Virus record (IMG/VR): IMGVR_UViG_3300017766_003924
Coordinates: 20,478-84,477 of that record
Length of the DNA: 64,000 bases
Origin: a virus
Taxonomy: Duplodnaviria > Caudoviricetes
Direction: 5' to 3' (one strand)
Shown piece after piece: positions 1 to 9,561 of the stretch. Within the stretch, counting starts at the first letter, position 1; every line of letters starts with the position of its first letter. Position numbers and translations under genes: made by a program. The notes under the pieces are model-generated. The model searched no databases and had not been told where the DNA came from. It saw only the letters and a program-made list of their open reading frames with translations.

Positions 1-68
1 CTACCGGTACCACATGCTGTGCATTGCATTGCTAAAGGACGAGAAATAGGTCGTGTATTAGGATTCAT
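1..68 (-). CDS. 5' end of a hypothetical protein running off the window (MNPNTRPISRPLAMQCTACGTG...), possible CxxC zinc ribbon
   Basis: Manual translation; ATG at 68, TAAATA 6 nt upstream, CTAC motif. Partial. Confidence 0.5.
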   Translation of the reverse strand, partial: MNPNTRPISRPLAMQCTACGTG

Positions 69-80
69 ATTAAATATTTA

Positions 81-1001
81 TTACTGTAACCGACTAATTA
101 AGCTACTGACTGTTTTAGGCATGTTTACCTTCTTAGTGAAGAGAGCCTTCCAATTGTACATATATTTGACATGATCCATTAAACCATGATTAGTGCAGAG
201 CATCTCAAAATAGGTCCAATCTGGCTTTAGATCCTTCTTTGCTTCAAATTGCTTCTCATAAACGGGTAACTCTTCTAATTCAATTTCTACTCCCCGGCTG
301 ATATTCATCATATCAAAATTTTCAGATATGACTTGACGCTGTTCATCGGTTAATGATTTGAGATTTTCATCCCAATTTGAAATGAATTTACGAGATTTAA
401 CTTCTCCATATCCTTCGAGACCTTTAATATTATCTGAAGCATCACCTTTAATAACTTTATACTTTAAGAAATCTTCTCGGCGCAACTTGAATTTACTTTC
501 AAATGTCTCAAGGGTTATGAGTTCCTTTTTGATCGGTAAGAAGACATTTGTATTATGATCAACTAATTGACATAAGTCTTGATCTGCAGTAACTATTGTA
601 ACCTTATCATCTTTATGTTTTGTAGAGAGATAATATATTACATCATCACCTTCAAGGACATTGGGGTAGATGCATTTAATACCTAATGCAGTTAAGAGCT
701 CACTAATTGCTTCTTCATCCTTATGAATGTCGTAAACATCAGTCTTGTCTCTGTTTGCCTTATAGGAACCTTCTTTAAGCTTCTTTCTAAAGTTTGTAGA
801 GGGGTAGGTAAGCTTTTTATCCCATGCTCCATATATCACATCAGGCGCGAATGTCTTGATGTACGACTTAACACACATTAAAAATACGTTCAGGTTGTTT
901 ATATTTTCACCTGCAGAATTTAGTGTAGGTTCATTGAGCTTTGTGACATGATAAATTCTATATAAAAGATTGTTATTGTCAAGTATTAATACCCTTTTCA
1001 T
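81..1001 (-). CDS. rnh: T4 RNase H-like 5'-3' exonuclease / flap endonuclease
   Basis: LILDxNNL N-terminus, YKANR, EGDDVI, TADQDLCQL, GDASDNIKG (helix-hairpin-helix) FEN/PIN motifs. Confidence 0.9.
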   Translation of the reverse strand: MKRVLILDNNNLLYRIYHVTKLNEPTLNSAGENINNLNVFLMCVKSYIKTFAPDVIYGAWDKKLTYPSTNFRKKLKEGSYKANRDKTDVYDIHKDEEAISELLTALGIKCIYPNVLEGDDVIYYLSTKHKDDKVTIVTADQDLCQLVDHNTNVFLPIKKELITLETFESKFKLRREDFLKYKVIKGDASDNIKGLEGYGEVKSRKFISNWDENLKSLTDEQRQVISENFDMMNISRGVEIELEELPVYEKQFEAKKDLKPDWTYFEMLCTNHGLMDHVKYMYNWKALFTKKVNMPKTVSSLISRLQ

Positions 1002-1060
1002 ACTTTAATTATAATACATCCTTTCAGATGTATATGAGAAATCTTGTATATTATTCACTG

Positions 1061-1408
1061 TTAACTCAAATCAGCATCATCATCAGGAATAAATCCTGAA
1101 TTTCTCAATGATGAGAAGAAATGACCTAAGAGGTGAGAAAGAGAATCAAGCTCTTGATCATTGTGCTTGCAGATTAACATAATTCTCTTCCCTTCATTAT
1201 CATACCCCATAAGAGTAAAGCACGTCAACTGCTTCTGAAGATCATTAATAAGATTCTGCGTTGCAGGATCGATATTATCTTGACCACCAGGAATGGTAGA
1301 TGAAAATGATTCAATAGCATTTACCACATCATCTAAGCCTGAGTCTTGCTTAGCAGGTTCAGGAACAGTCGGTGTATTATCTTTTTGTTTTTCTTTTTTA
1401 TGTGCCAT
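1061..1408 (-). CDS. hypothetical protein
   Basis: 115 aa ORF packed in the replication operon. Confidence 0.6.
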   Translation of the reverse strand: MAHKKEKQKDNTPTVPEPAKQDSGLDDVVNAIESFSSTIPGGQDNIDPATQNLINDLQKQLTCFTLMGYDNEGKRIMLICKHNDQELDSLSHLLGHFFSSLRNSGFIPDDDADLS

Positions 1409-1727
1409 ATGTATATCTAATAATGTTTTGAGGTTTTATACCATATTTTAGAAGATAGCGCAATACTACTTCCATTGAATCGGTATCAAGCTGTAGGTGT
1501 CTCGGAAACCATTGACCACCATCATTAAACTCAAAACTAACCTGATTAAATTCTGTCTTGTTTTCGTAACAAGTTATAAAGAGTGCATTTACCGTAGGGT
1601 TAACGAGTATAGTCCACTTTCTAGGGTCAACATCTGAATAATCTGCAAATATCTTATTTGCAATGTATCCATTATCTCTAAGCCTCTTTAGAAAGTAGCT
1701 TAGTGTTGTGACCTTATTCTTTGGCAT
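1398..1727 (-). CDS. hypothetical protein
   Basis: 109 aa ORF overlapping neighbours. Confidence 0.65.
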   Translation of the reverse strand: MPKNKVTTLSYFLKRLRDNGYIANKIFADYSDVDPRKWTILVNPTVNALFITCYENKTEFNQVSFEFNDGGQWFPRHLQLDTDSMEVVLRYLLKYGIKPQNIIRYTYGT

Positions 1728-2458
1728 TACTTTATTAAGCTTGCAGCTATATATAGAAATTTATTATGGTCGTCGGAAATATCAAATAATGTAACTCCTA
1801 GTTCACTATTGATTTTAATCTTAATATCTTCAGATCGCGTTGCTGCTATGATTCGTATTGTATCAAATGGTAAAATTACTGGATCAGTCAACTCTGTACC
1901 AACTAATGTTGTATTAACGGTCAGAGTAAAGTTATCTACATTATCTCTACTCTTATCGTCTAATTCAATGATAACGGTATCTTGATTACAGGTGATATAC
2001 ACCTTACTGCAATCTTGAATAACCGTACTAGCTCTAATCACCTCTACGACATTTCTATATGTGAGACTAAATGAGGTATCCCACTTTAATGCTTTTATTT
2101 TCTGAACGTTTACTTGAGGTACTGATGCAATCCCGCTCTCAAGTAAGTGATATGTAAATCTAATTTTTGAATCTTTATATTTGAGATTATTGTCATCATA
2201 TATAAAGTCAAATTCATCTGCTTCAATAAACTTTACCATCTTTATTAACTTACCTACATTTGGTAAATCAATAGTAATTTTGTCAAAATCTTGATCACAA
2301 TTACAAAGCGTTGATGTGATTAAAATTAATGTTCCGTCAACATTTTGAGCAATAGATGATATTGCTGTCTTAGTAAGATTGACGGAACAGAGATTTGTAA
2401 TTCTTGCTATACTGTCTAAAAAGTCGAGAAATTTAGCTTTGTTTAGAGTAATTTTCAT
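1727..2458 (-). CDS. 45: DNA polymerase sliding clamp (gp45-like)
   Basis: 243 aa, two-domain beta-rich pattern, N-terminal 'FLDFLDSIARI' helix, replication context. Confidence 0.7.
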   Translation of the reverse strand: MKITLNKAKFLDFLDSIARITNLCSVNLTKTAISSIAQNVDGTLILITSTLCNCDQDFDKITIDLPNVGKLIKMVKFIEADEFDFIYDDNNLKYKDSKIRFTYHLLESGIASVPQVNVQKIKALKWDTSFSLTYRNVVEVIRASTVIQDCSKVYITCNQDTVIIELDDKSRDNVDNFTLTVNTTLVGTELTDPVILPFDTIRIIAATRSEDIKIKINSELGVTLFDISDDHNKFLYIAASLIK

Positions 2459-2951
2459 TGTCGTAATTCAATGTTATACTCTTAATGGGCTTTTTCAATG
2501 TATCTTCTAATTTCTTATTGATTTTATTCTGTGTGTCTAATTTATCAGATAATAATAACACAGAGTCAGAGAGAGATTTTAATATGTCGAGAATTTGCTT
2601 TTGACCGTCTAGTAGAGAATTATACTGCTCTAGTGAGATATTCGCAATATTAGGTGCGGGCTTTACGACTGTAGCAGGCTGTACTGTGGGTTGTGGTGGT
2701 GCTACAGGTTGAGGTACTGGTCTACTAATTTCCTGAGCTATATCCGCAACAGGGTCAGGTTTATTTGCGAGTGCTTCTCTAACTGATTTATTTACAAGAT
2801 CCTTGACAACTGTAGCAGGCTGTCTGATATCACGCTTAAGTTGGTTCGTAGGGTTCGTAATGGAACTGTTTACATCATTAAGTTGCCGCGTTGTCATAAA
2901 AGACAACGCGGCAAGCGCTTGCATTTCCTGTATAGTGTCGTTATTACTCAT
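2433..2951 (-). CDS. hypothetical protein with Pro-rich linker and C-terminal coiled coil
   Basis: 172 aa ORF between gp32 and clamp; true start uncertain. Confidence 0.6.
   Translation of the reverse strand: MSNNDTIQEMQALAALSFMTTRQLNDVNSSITNPTNQLKRDIRQPATVVKDLVNKSVREALANKPDPVADIAQEISRPVPQPVAPPQPTVQPATVVKPAPNIANISLEQYNSLLDGQKQILDILKSLSDSVLLLSDKLDTQNKINKKLEDTLKKPIKSITLNYDNENYSKQS
2883..2914. repeat. perfect 13-bp inverted repeat (TTGCCGCGTTGTC-ataaaa-GACAACGCGGCAA)
   Basis: Read directly; lies just downstream of gp32, within the next ORF's 5' end. Confidence 0.85.
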
Positions 2952-3792
2952 TATCTTTATTTAATCCATCGAGAAGAGAGTCAATACTCACATCTTCATC
3001 GATAGATGTCTTCGGATCCGCATAAGGAATATCATCATCAGCAGGTTCAGCCTTTGCTTTTGCTGCTTTTGCTGGAGCCTTAGCAGGAGCCTCTTCCTTA
3101 ACTTCTCCATAGAAGTCTTCAGTGAAGAGTTTCTTTAAGTCATTATAAGACTTAACTTGAACTAAGCTTGCTAACTCAATTGGATTAGCTAATACTTCCT
3201 TAATCTTAGCTTCACTATCTAATCCTTCGATAGCTGATGCCTTTGTCTTAAACTTAGAAGATACGAAGGAAGGAAAATCTCCTTGCTTCTCACACTTGAT
3301 AACTAAGTTGCAACCATTCTTTGAGAGATCGAAAATCCTCTCACCGAGTTCATCCGCATCTTCCTCCATAGCGCTCATAATGATCTTATGAAGCTGTTTT
3401 CCGAATCGGAGAATCTTAACAGAGCCATTATTTTCAGGCTTAGACTGGTCTTCAATAACCCAAACCTTAACTAACCAGCTCTCTTTGCGAACTACACCTG
3501 CAATCTTTTCCTTCTCAATAGCAGATCCTGACTTGAGAATCTTACCACGAATTTCAGAAATTGGATCAGGCTGCTCGTATGTAGTAGGAGATGTTTCAAT
3601 AATAAAGTTGTTATTAGTGAAGCTCTTCCAACCATGAGTGTAATAATGAAAGAATGTACTTTCAGGTTTCTTTACATTAGGAATAAGACGAACGGTGTAG
3701 GTCTTACCAACTTCGAGCTTTAAAATGTCTTTGAAGCTATTAGTTTGAGGCTTTTTGAGGGTGTCCTTGATACTTGTAAATAAGTTATTCAT
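2944..3792 (-). CDS. 32: single-stranded DNA-binding protein (gp32-like)
   Basis: TYTVRLIP, FFHYYTHGW, DPISE, GKQL..II, FDLSKNGCNL, YxSSKF-like core, acidic C-terminal tail. Confidence 0.88.
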   Translation of the reverse strand: MNNLFTSIKDTLKKPQTNSFKDILKLEVGKTYTVRLIPNVKKPESTFFHYYTHGWKSFTNNNFIIETSPTTYEQPDPISEIRGKILKSGSAIEKEKIAGVVRKESWLVKVWVIEDQSKPENNGSVKILRFGKQLHKIIMSAMEEDADELGERIFDLSKNGCNLVIKCEKQGDFPSFVSSKFKTKASAIEGLDSEAKIKEVLANPIELASLVQVKSYNDLKKLFTEDFYGEVKEEAPAKAPAKAAKAKAEPADDDIPYADPKTSIDEDVSIDSLLDGLNKDNE

Positions 3793-3839
3793 ATATTTGT
3801 TTCTTGTTTATTTGTGAATAATTGTTAATTTATTCATAA

Positions 3840-4502
3840 TTATTTAATACTATTCACATCAGATTTCAACAAGGTTTCTACAATTTTTTTCAGTTTTGTA
3901 AAGTTTTGTGAGGTATAAAGCTGCATCCGGAACCAATCACTTTTGTTGTATCTTTCACCTAATGTAAATTCAAGATAATCTTTATCCTGAAACTTAAAAA
4001 ATACATCTTCAATATTAAAGAGTAGGAGAGTATAAATGTTTACACTTCTATTCTTTAAATGGATGATGCAGGAGGGTACATAACTGCTTTCAGTTGTAAA
4101 GTTGATGTACTCACCTATACTAATTTTATTTTCTTTACAAAACTCAATAATGAACTTTATAGATCTCTTGGTGAGGGCAATTTGTTCTGGAGCATCAGGA
4201 GGTAGTAAATCTATATGTTTACAATAAGTCGTATAATCCTTGATTGCTTTAGGTGAGGTAAAATAATTTAATGCATAATACCTCTCTTCACACGACTCTC
4301 TAATATTAAACGGAGACTTTAAAAATATGTCTACATCTATATAAGGATGTGATTTAAAGAATATGCAGAGCTTTTTTAAGTGTGGATATACATCACCATC
4401 TTCAAATCCTGAGAAGTCTTTTCTATATTTGAATGGTAGACCCTTCGATGTACGTGTCACTCTTAGAAACACATTATAGATATACTTCTCGTATTCAGTC
4501 AT
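3840..4502 (-). CDS. hypothetical protein, possibly helicase loader (gp59-like)
   Basis: 220 aa basic/aromatic protein directly upstream of gp32; call rests on size and position only. Confidence 0.4.
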   Translation of the reverse strand: MTEYEKYIYNVFLRVTRTSKGLPFKYRKDFSGFEDGDVYPHLKKLCIFFKSHPYIDVDIFLKSPFNIRESCEERYYALNYFTSPKAIKDYTTYCKHIDLLPPDAPEQIALTKRSIKFIIEFCKENKISIGEYINFTTESSYVPSCIIHLKNRSVNIYTLLLFNIEDVFFKFQDKDYLEFTLGERYNKSDWFRMQLYTSQNFTKLKKIVETLLKSDVNSIK

Positions 4503-4795
4503 TACTTAAAATTCTTTGTTATAAACGCTTTATGCGAATTAATGTACTTTTGTATGTATTTACTTTTAAACAGGGTCGGATCAATTTCTAAATAGGTTCT
4601 AAACAGTTCTTGATCGCTATCAGTGTTAATTGCTGCTTTTAATGTTTCCCTATACTCTTTATTTTTTAGAAGGAGAAGGAATACTTGTGCAAAATTAAAC
4701 TTACGACCGTAGAGGAGAGAGAGCCAGGTACAAAAGGTGATTATTAACTTCTTTGTTTCTATGTCTTCGATATTTTCTGAATTAAAGTGCTTCAT
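4502..4795 (-). CDS. hypothetical protein
   Basis: 97 aa ORF in operon. Confidence 0.55.
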   Translation of the reverse strand: MKHFNSENIEDIETKKLIITFCTWLSLLYGRKFNFAQVFLLLLKNKEYRETLKAAINTDSDQELFRTYLEIDPTLFKSKYIQKYINSHKAFITKNFK

Positions 4796-4800
4796 TTACT

Positions 4801-5721
4801 TTATTTAACTTGTACAAATGTTTTTGTAAACTTTGCAAATTCAGCCGTTATCTTTCCACCTGCAGCTTTTTCGTGACCCCCACCATCAATAAGTGATTGA
4901 GCTACTGTAGAGAGATTGAGTTTACAATTTTTAGATTTACGAATTGATACCTTTTGAGTTGCTAAATCAACATAAAAGACAACATCAAATTTATACTTGT
5001 TGTTTATGATGCCGATAAGTTCATTAGGGTAATAAGGCTTTAGTGATGGTGTAATTATCGGTTGAATTATACCTACAGAATATTTTTCATCATCAATCTT
5101 ACAATTATCTTTTTTGTAAATATTGCACACCTTTAACTGACTAGCAATTTTACTCTTTTCTGTCTGTATAATATCTTGCTGGTCATAGCTAAATCCATCA
5201 AACCCATCCTGGAACAGCTCTATAAAGTCAGCTGCTTTTGAATCCCATGGTAGTGAATTATACACAAACATTAAGTTGAGAGTATCCTTATATTTCAACC
5301 TATAGCAATCATAATCATCAATAAGTGATATTAACTTAATTTGCTCTAACGTAAGCTTAATATCAGGATACTTTTTAGAGAATATATTGAACAATAATTT
5401 AGTACAGCTTGTATCAACTTTATGGTTAATTATTGCAGAACGATATACTGCTGTATTATGTGACTCATGATGGTCATAGATAATGTTTCCGATAGAGTCT
5501 ATGCACTTGTTTGTTGTTGCAAGTTGAGATAGATCTAAATCAAAGAACAATACTTCATCATATGACATTCTTTCAGTCTTAAACCAATATTCAATCTTAG
5601 AAGAACAAGATGAAAGAGCTGACGTCATATACTTGAACTCCTTATCGGGGTGAAACCATTTGTATACTAAGAGACACCCTACACCATCTAGGTCCCAGTC
5701 AGAGAAAATAAAAGTTTTCAT
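4801..5721 (-). CDS. DHH-family phosphoesterase
   Basis: DxDLDG, FFDL, YDHH, IDDYD and C-terminal GGGHEKAAG (DHHA1) motifs. Confidence 0.9.
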   Translation of the reverse strand: MKTFIFSDWDLDGVGCLLVYKWFHPDKEFKYMTSALSSCSSKIEYWFKTERMSYDEVLFFDLDLSQLATTNKCIDSIGNIIYDHHESHNTAVYRSAIINHKVDTSCTKLLFNIFSKKYPDIKLTLEQIKLISLIDDYDCYRLKYKDTLNLMFVYNSLPWDSKAADFIELFQDGFDGFSYDQQDIIQTEKSKIASQLKVCNIYKKDNCKIDDEKYSVGIIQPIITPSLKPYYPNELIGIINNKYKFDVVFYVDLATQKVSIRKSKNCKLNLSTVAQSLIDGGGHEKAAGGKITAEFAKFTKTFVQVK

Positions 5722-5733
5722 ATTTGTATTATA

Positions 5734-7092
5734 TTATTCATCATCAGATTTAAAGAGCTTATTTACGGTATTTAATACTGCTACAGTTTCATCAGTACTA
5801 GATATATCTTCATCTTGACTAAGTGTTAATGTTTCGTAATCGATATTCATACGAAATGCACCGAAGTTAGGACCAAAGCGACTCTTACAGATGCCTAGAT
5901 TTATAACTCCTAATTCCTTTTCTTCATCTTGTTGCCAGAGAACACCAATAAAGTCAGGTGTAGTTGCGAGACCGAGACTCTCACCAAGTGTTTCAATACC
6001 CGGATTTACTTCTGTTAACCCATCACGATTAATTTGAGCTGCCGAAATAATAGGGCATTCAAATACATAAGAAAGAGCTCTTACCTGCTCTACTATATAC
6101 TTTCCTTTTTCATAAAGAGTAGTACCTACAAGGGAGTTAAGGATTGTGAGGTAATCAATAACAATTGCATCGATTTTCTTATACTTCTTAACAATCTTTT
6201 TAAAGAATCCTTCAAGCTGCTTTGGAGTAATGGTACTTGGTGGAAATTCCTTTACAATAATTCTACTGTGTGGATTTTTTGTCTTATATGCATTAACTCT
6301 ATTTTTAAGTTCAGAAGTATTTTGAGCAAGAGATCCTATAGGTATTTTTGTGATGCGAGAAGAGAGTCTCTTTGCATACATCAATTCTGACATCTCTAAT
6401 GAGACAAGAAGTACAGTCTTACCTTGATCAGCCATGTTACAAACCAGATTACCAAGCATGATTGATTTACCTACATTGGTACCACCTGCAAATAAGTATA
6501 GCGCTCTACCAGATTCTATGAATCCTCCACCTATCTTCTTATCAAGCCACTCAAAGCCAGTTGAAATATATTTTTCTGTAGCAAGAAGATCTTTTATATG
6601 TCGATCTATGTTTCCTAAATAATCTAAACCTAAATCATGTATAAGAGTAATACTACATACATCTTCAAATCGTTTAAGTACTTCAGACGTGTTTATATCT
6701 CCACTTTCACATTGAGTTGCAGTATCAACTAATGCAAAATATAGCTCTTTCTCTTTAATAAATTTTTCAGTATTGTAATACAGTTCATCTTTATTAAACT
6801 TTGAATCTATACCTTTAAGACCTTCTAACAGACTTCTAAAATTTGTTTTTTGCTCTTCTGTTAGAAGGTATGACTTAATTTCTGTAGTATTCGGTAGCGC
6901 ACCTCTCTTAGTGTAAAAGTCTTTAATAATCTGAACTACATCACGTGAAGCAGGCTTAGTAAATATTTTTGGTGTTAAATGTTCTATAGTTGATGCAAGA
7001 AACTCTTCATTCGTCAATATATTATAGATTATAACATCTTCAAAAAAATTCAAATTGATCGCGCTGTTCTGTTGAACGCTTTTTTTCGCCAT
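5734..7092 (-). CDS. 41: replicative DnaB-like helicase (gp41)
   Basis: GGTNVGKS Walker A, SLEMSE, VKEFPP, IVIDYL, SAAQINR, KSRFG. Confidence 0.93.
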   Translation of the reverse strand: MAKKSVQQNSAINLNFFEDVIIYNILTNEEFLASTIEHLTPKIFTKPASRDVVQIIKDFYTKRGALPNTTEIKSYLLTEEQKTNFRSLLEGLKGIDSKFNKDELYYNTEKFIKEKELYFALVDTATQCESGDINTSEVLKRFEDVCSITLIHDLGLDYLGNIDRHIKDLLATEKYISTGFEWLDKKIGGGFIESGRALYLFAGGTNVGKSIMLGNLVCNMADQGKTVLLVSLEMSELMYAKRLSSRITKIPIGSLAQNTSELKNRVNAYKTKNPHSRIIVKEFPPSTITPKQLEGFFKKIVKKYKKIDAIVIDYLTILNSLVGTTLYEKGKYIVEQVRALSYVFECPIISAAQINRDGLTEVNPGIETLGESLGLATTPDFIGVLWQQDEEKELGVINLGICKSRFGPNFGAFRMNIDYETLTLSQDEDISSTDETVAVLNTVNKLFKSDDE

Positions 7093-7125
7093 ATGTATAT
7101 ATTATCAGTATTCTTGATAATACAA

Positions 7126-7875
7126 TTAGGTACCCCACTTTTGTAAAAACTTTTCTTGATTAGCTTTGAAGATTGGGTCCTCTAGAGATTTAAGACCAGG
7201 AGAAACGTGGAATATATTGTGTACTTGTGAAAATACCCCTATCTTTAGACGCTTTTCATTGGCTGCTAAACAGAAGTCTAAATCGTAACAATGAAAAGAG
7301 AATTGATTATCAAACTGGAGGTTATTATCTTGAAGAGTTTTTAATGTAGTACACATTATGAGACCATCAACAAGAATACACCGCTGTCCTTGAGGTCCAA
7401 ATGTTGTTACACATTCAACATCTCCATATGGATGAGATACAGCACCGGCCCATGCTTTACGATCAGACATTATATGCCATAGTGTAGGCTCTGTAATATT
7501 TAAGAGACCACCAGAACCTGCTGCTCCTACAATATCGAACTTCTCAAAATCTTTATAGAGTCCTTGATAAAAGAATGAAAGGCTCGATCTAATAAATACA
7601 TCATCATGTACAAATACTACAATTTGATCTCCCTTGGTATTTTTTGAAAGATGCTTTACTGCATCATTATATACCTTCGAGAGTGAATCAGTATTACTAT
7701 GCTTTATAAGGTGTGTATATTGAACACCTTCAATATTACAATGAAAGGTAGCATACTCAGCGGAAATATCTGAATAAATCCAGGTTTTTTCATCAACATA
7801 CTTGAATATGTTAGTGCTTATATTACCTACTGATTGTTTAGTGGCTGTAACGAATGTAATGTTTAATTTATTCAT
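7126..7875 (-). CDS. GT-A fold glycosyltransferase (family 2-like)
   Basis: SLSKVYN, VFVHDDV (DxD-like), DIVGAAG, VDGLIM, FHCYDLDFC. Confidence 0.8.
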   Translation of the reverse strand: MNKLNITFVTATKQSVGNISTNIFKYVDEKTWIYSDISAEYATFHCNIEGVQYTHLIKHSNTDSLSKVYNDAVKHLSKNTKGDQIVVFVHDDVFIRSSLSFFYQGLYKDFEKFDIVGAAGSGGLLNITEPTLWHIMSDRKAWAGAVSHPYGDVECVTTFGPQGQRCILVDGLIMCTTLKTLQDNNLQFDNQFSFHCYDLDFCLAANEKRLKIGVFSQVHNIFHVSPGLKSLEDPIFKANQEKFLQKWGT

Positions 7876-8530
7876 CTATAAAATAAGAAGATTTGATTAC
7901 TGTTTTTAATAGGATGTTGTTGAAGATATCGTATGCGCATCCGTTGGGTAGTTCATTGAAGGACGCCGTTTTGACAGATGAAAAGCTTGTATCATTAAAA
8001 TAGAGAGTTGACCCATTACGAGCTATATATACCTTCTTTGATTTTTCATCCAGACACCAAATACCTACAGTTCCTTCTAGGAGTTCTAATGTTTTGAGTA
8101 TACCTATATGAGTATCATAGTCACTAAACTCTAAACCAATTAACTTGGGTATTATTTCTGAATCAACAGAAGATTTAAGTAATTCTCGAGCATTATATGT
8201 CTTAACTAATTCAGAGTAGTTAGAAATTACTCCATTATGAGCAACGAGTAAATATCTACTTCTAAAGGGGTGCATATTCGAGCGGGCAGGTTCTCTCTCA
8301 CAAGTAGTAGGTGCTTGTGTGTGACCGAGATAGTAAAAATTATCACCTGGATCAGGCTTTTGAAATAATACAGCATCTATATCAATAGGCATTTTAAAGA
8401 TGTGTTCTGTTGTACGGCCAAAATTTCTTTCAAATTCTATAAATGATACTGCTTTAGAGCCTCGCGTTAAGTTATCTCTATAGAGTTGTTTAAATTCTGT
8501 TAAATCGTTTGATCCAAATATTCCACACAT
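7868..8530 (-). CDS. stand-alone class II (Ntn) glutamine amidotransferase
   Basis: N-terminal MCGIFG nucleophile Cys, GHTQAPT, HPF, AHNGVISN, DSE motifs. Confidence 0.85.
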   Translation of the reverse strand: MCGIFGSNDLTEFKQLYRDNLTRGSKAVSFIEFERNFGRTTEHIFKMPIDIDAVLFQKPDPGDNFYYLGHTQAPTTCEREPARSNMHPFRSRYLLVAHNGVISNYSELVKTYNARELLKSSVDSEIIPKLIGLEFSDYDTHIGILKTLELLEGTVGIWCLDEKSKKVYIARNGSTLYFNDTSFSSVKTASFNELPNGCAYDIFNNILLKTVIKSSYFIDE

Positions 8531-8535
8531 ATATT

Positions 8536-9561
8536 TTAATTATTGTTTAATTGAACGGTAAAATCAACATGTTTTATAGCTGATAAATCCTTACCACCTG
8601 CATAACTTATAGATGATTGAAGTGCTTCTTTAATATTTTGAGTAACCTCTCTAATAGTACATCCTGCAGCAATCTCTAATTCTCTACCTTCAATGTGTTT
8701 ATTTGTTTTCTTTGCTTGAAATGATGTAGACCCATAGTAGACCTTTTTACCATCTTTTATCTCAGCCGGTGAATCAATACATTGTGCAAAGAGTCTACCG
8801 GTCATAACCATATCAGCACCGAACCTTATTGCCTTAGCAATATCACCAATATGTTTAACACCACCGTCTGCTATGAGATATTTTCGTTTAAAGATTCCAG
8901 GTGTTGATGCACACTTATATCTCCATTCACATAATGCATCCCAACACTTATCTATTGCAGTTACCATAGGCATTGAAAACCCTGTTTGAAGGCGGGTAGT
9001 ACAAATAGACCCTTGTCCTATTCCGACCTTTACAATGTCAGCACCTGCATCAAAGAGATCCATAGTACCATCATATGTAGTCACGTTACCTGCAATAATA
9101 ATTACTTCAGGAAATAAGCTCTCTATCAGTTTAATCCTATCATACACTTTACTATGATGACCATGAGCTACGTCAATGGTGATAAAGTCTACTCTGTGTT
9201 TTCCCTTGTGTATGTCTTTAAGTACTAATTCCGTATCTTCATTAACACCTGTACTTATACTTACAACATTAAAATCAGCATTGTTTGCATATTCAACAAA
9301 TTTATAAACGTCTATATTTTCGAGTCGATGCATTACATAGAAAATATTGAGACTATCATATAGTTGAGCAGTTTCAGTATTTACAACTGTAGCCATATTA
9401 GCAGGTATTACAGGTAAATTAAATTTAAACAGCTTTTTCTTATGAGGAAATGTTAATGTTACTGATGTATCTCCTACTGACCGTGTAGGAAGTGTAGATG
9501 ACATGGGTGTTAAGAGTACATTATCATAACACAATGCTATTTTATCATTAAAGTCAATCAT
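8536..9561 (-). CDS. guaC: GMP reductase (IMPDH/GMPR family, no CBS domains)
   Basis: [53 protein letters not shown]-terminus typical of GuaC. Confidence 0.82.
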   Translation of the reverse strand: MIDFNDKIALCYDNVLLTPMSSTLPTRSVGDTSVTLTFPHKKKLFKFNLPVIPANMATVVNTETAQLYDSLNIFYVMHRLENIDVYKFVEYANNADFNVVSISTGVNEDTELVLKDIHKGKHRVDFITIDVAHGHHSKVYDRIKLIESLFPEVIIIAGNVTTYDGTMDLFDAGADIVKVGIGQGSICTTRLQTGFSMPMVTAIDKCWDALCEWRYKCASTPGIFKRKYLIADGGVKHIGDIAKAIRFGADMVMTGRLFAQCIDSPAEIKDGKKVYYGSTSFQAKKTNKHIEGRELEIAAGCTIREVTQNIKEALQSSISYAGGKDLSAIKHVDFTVQLNNN

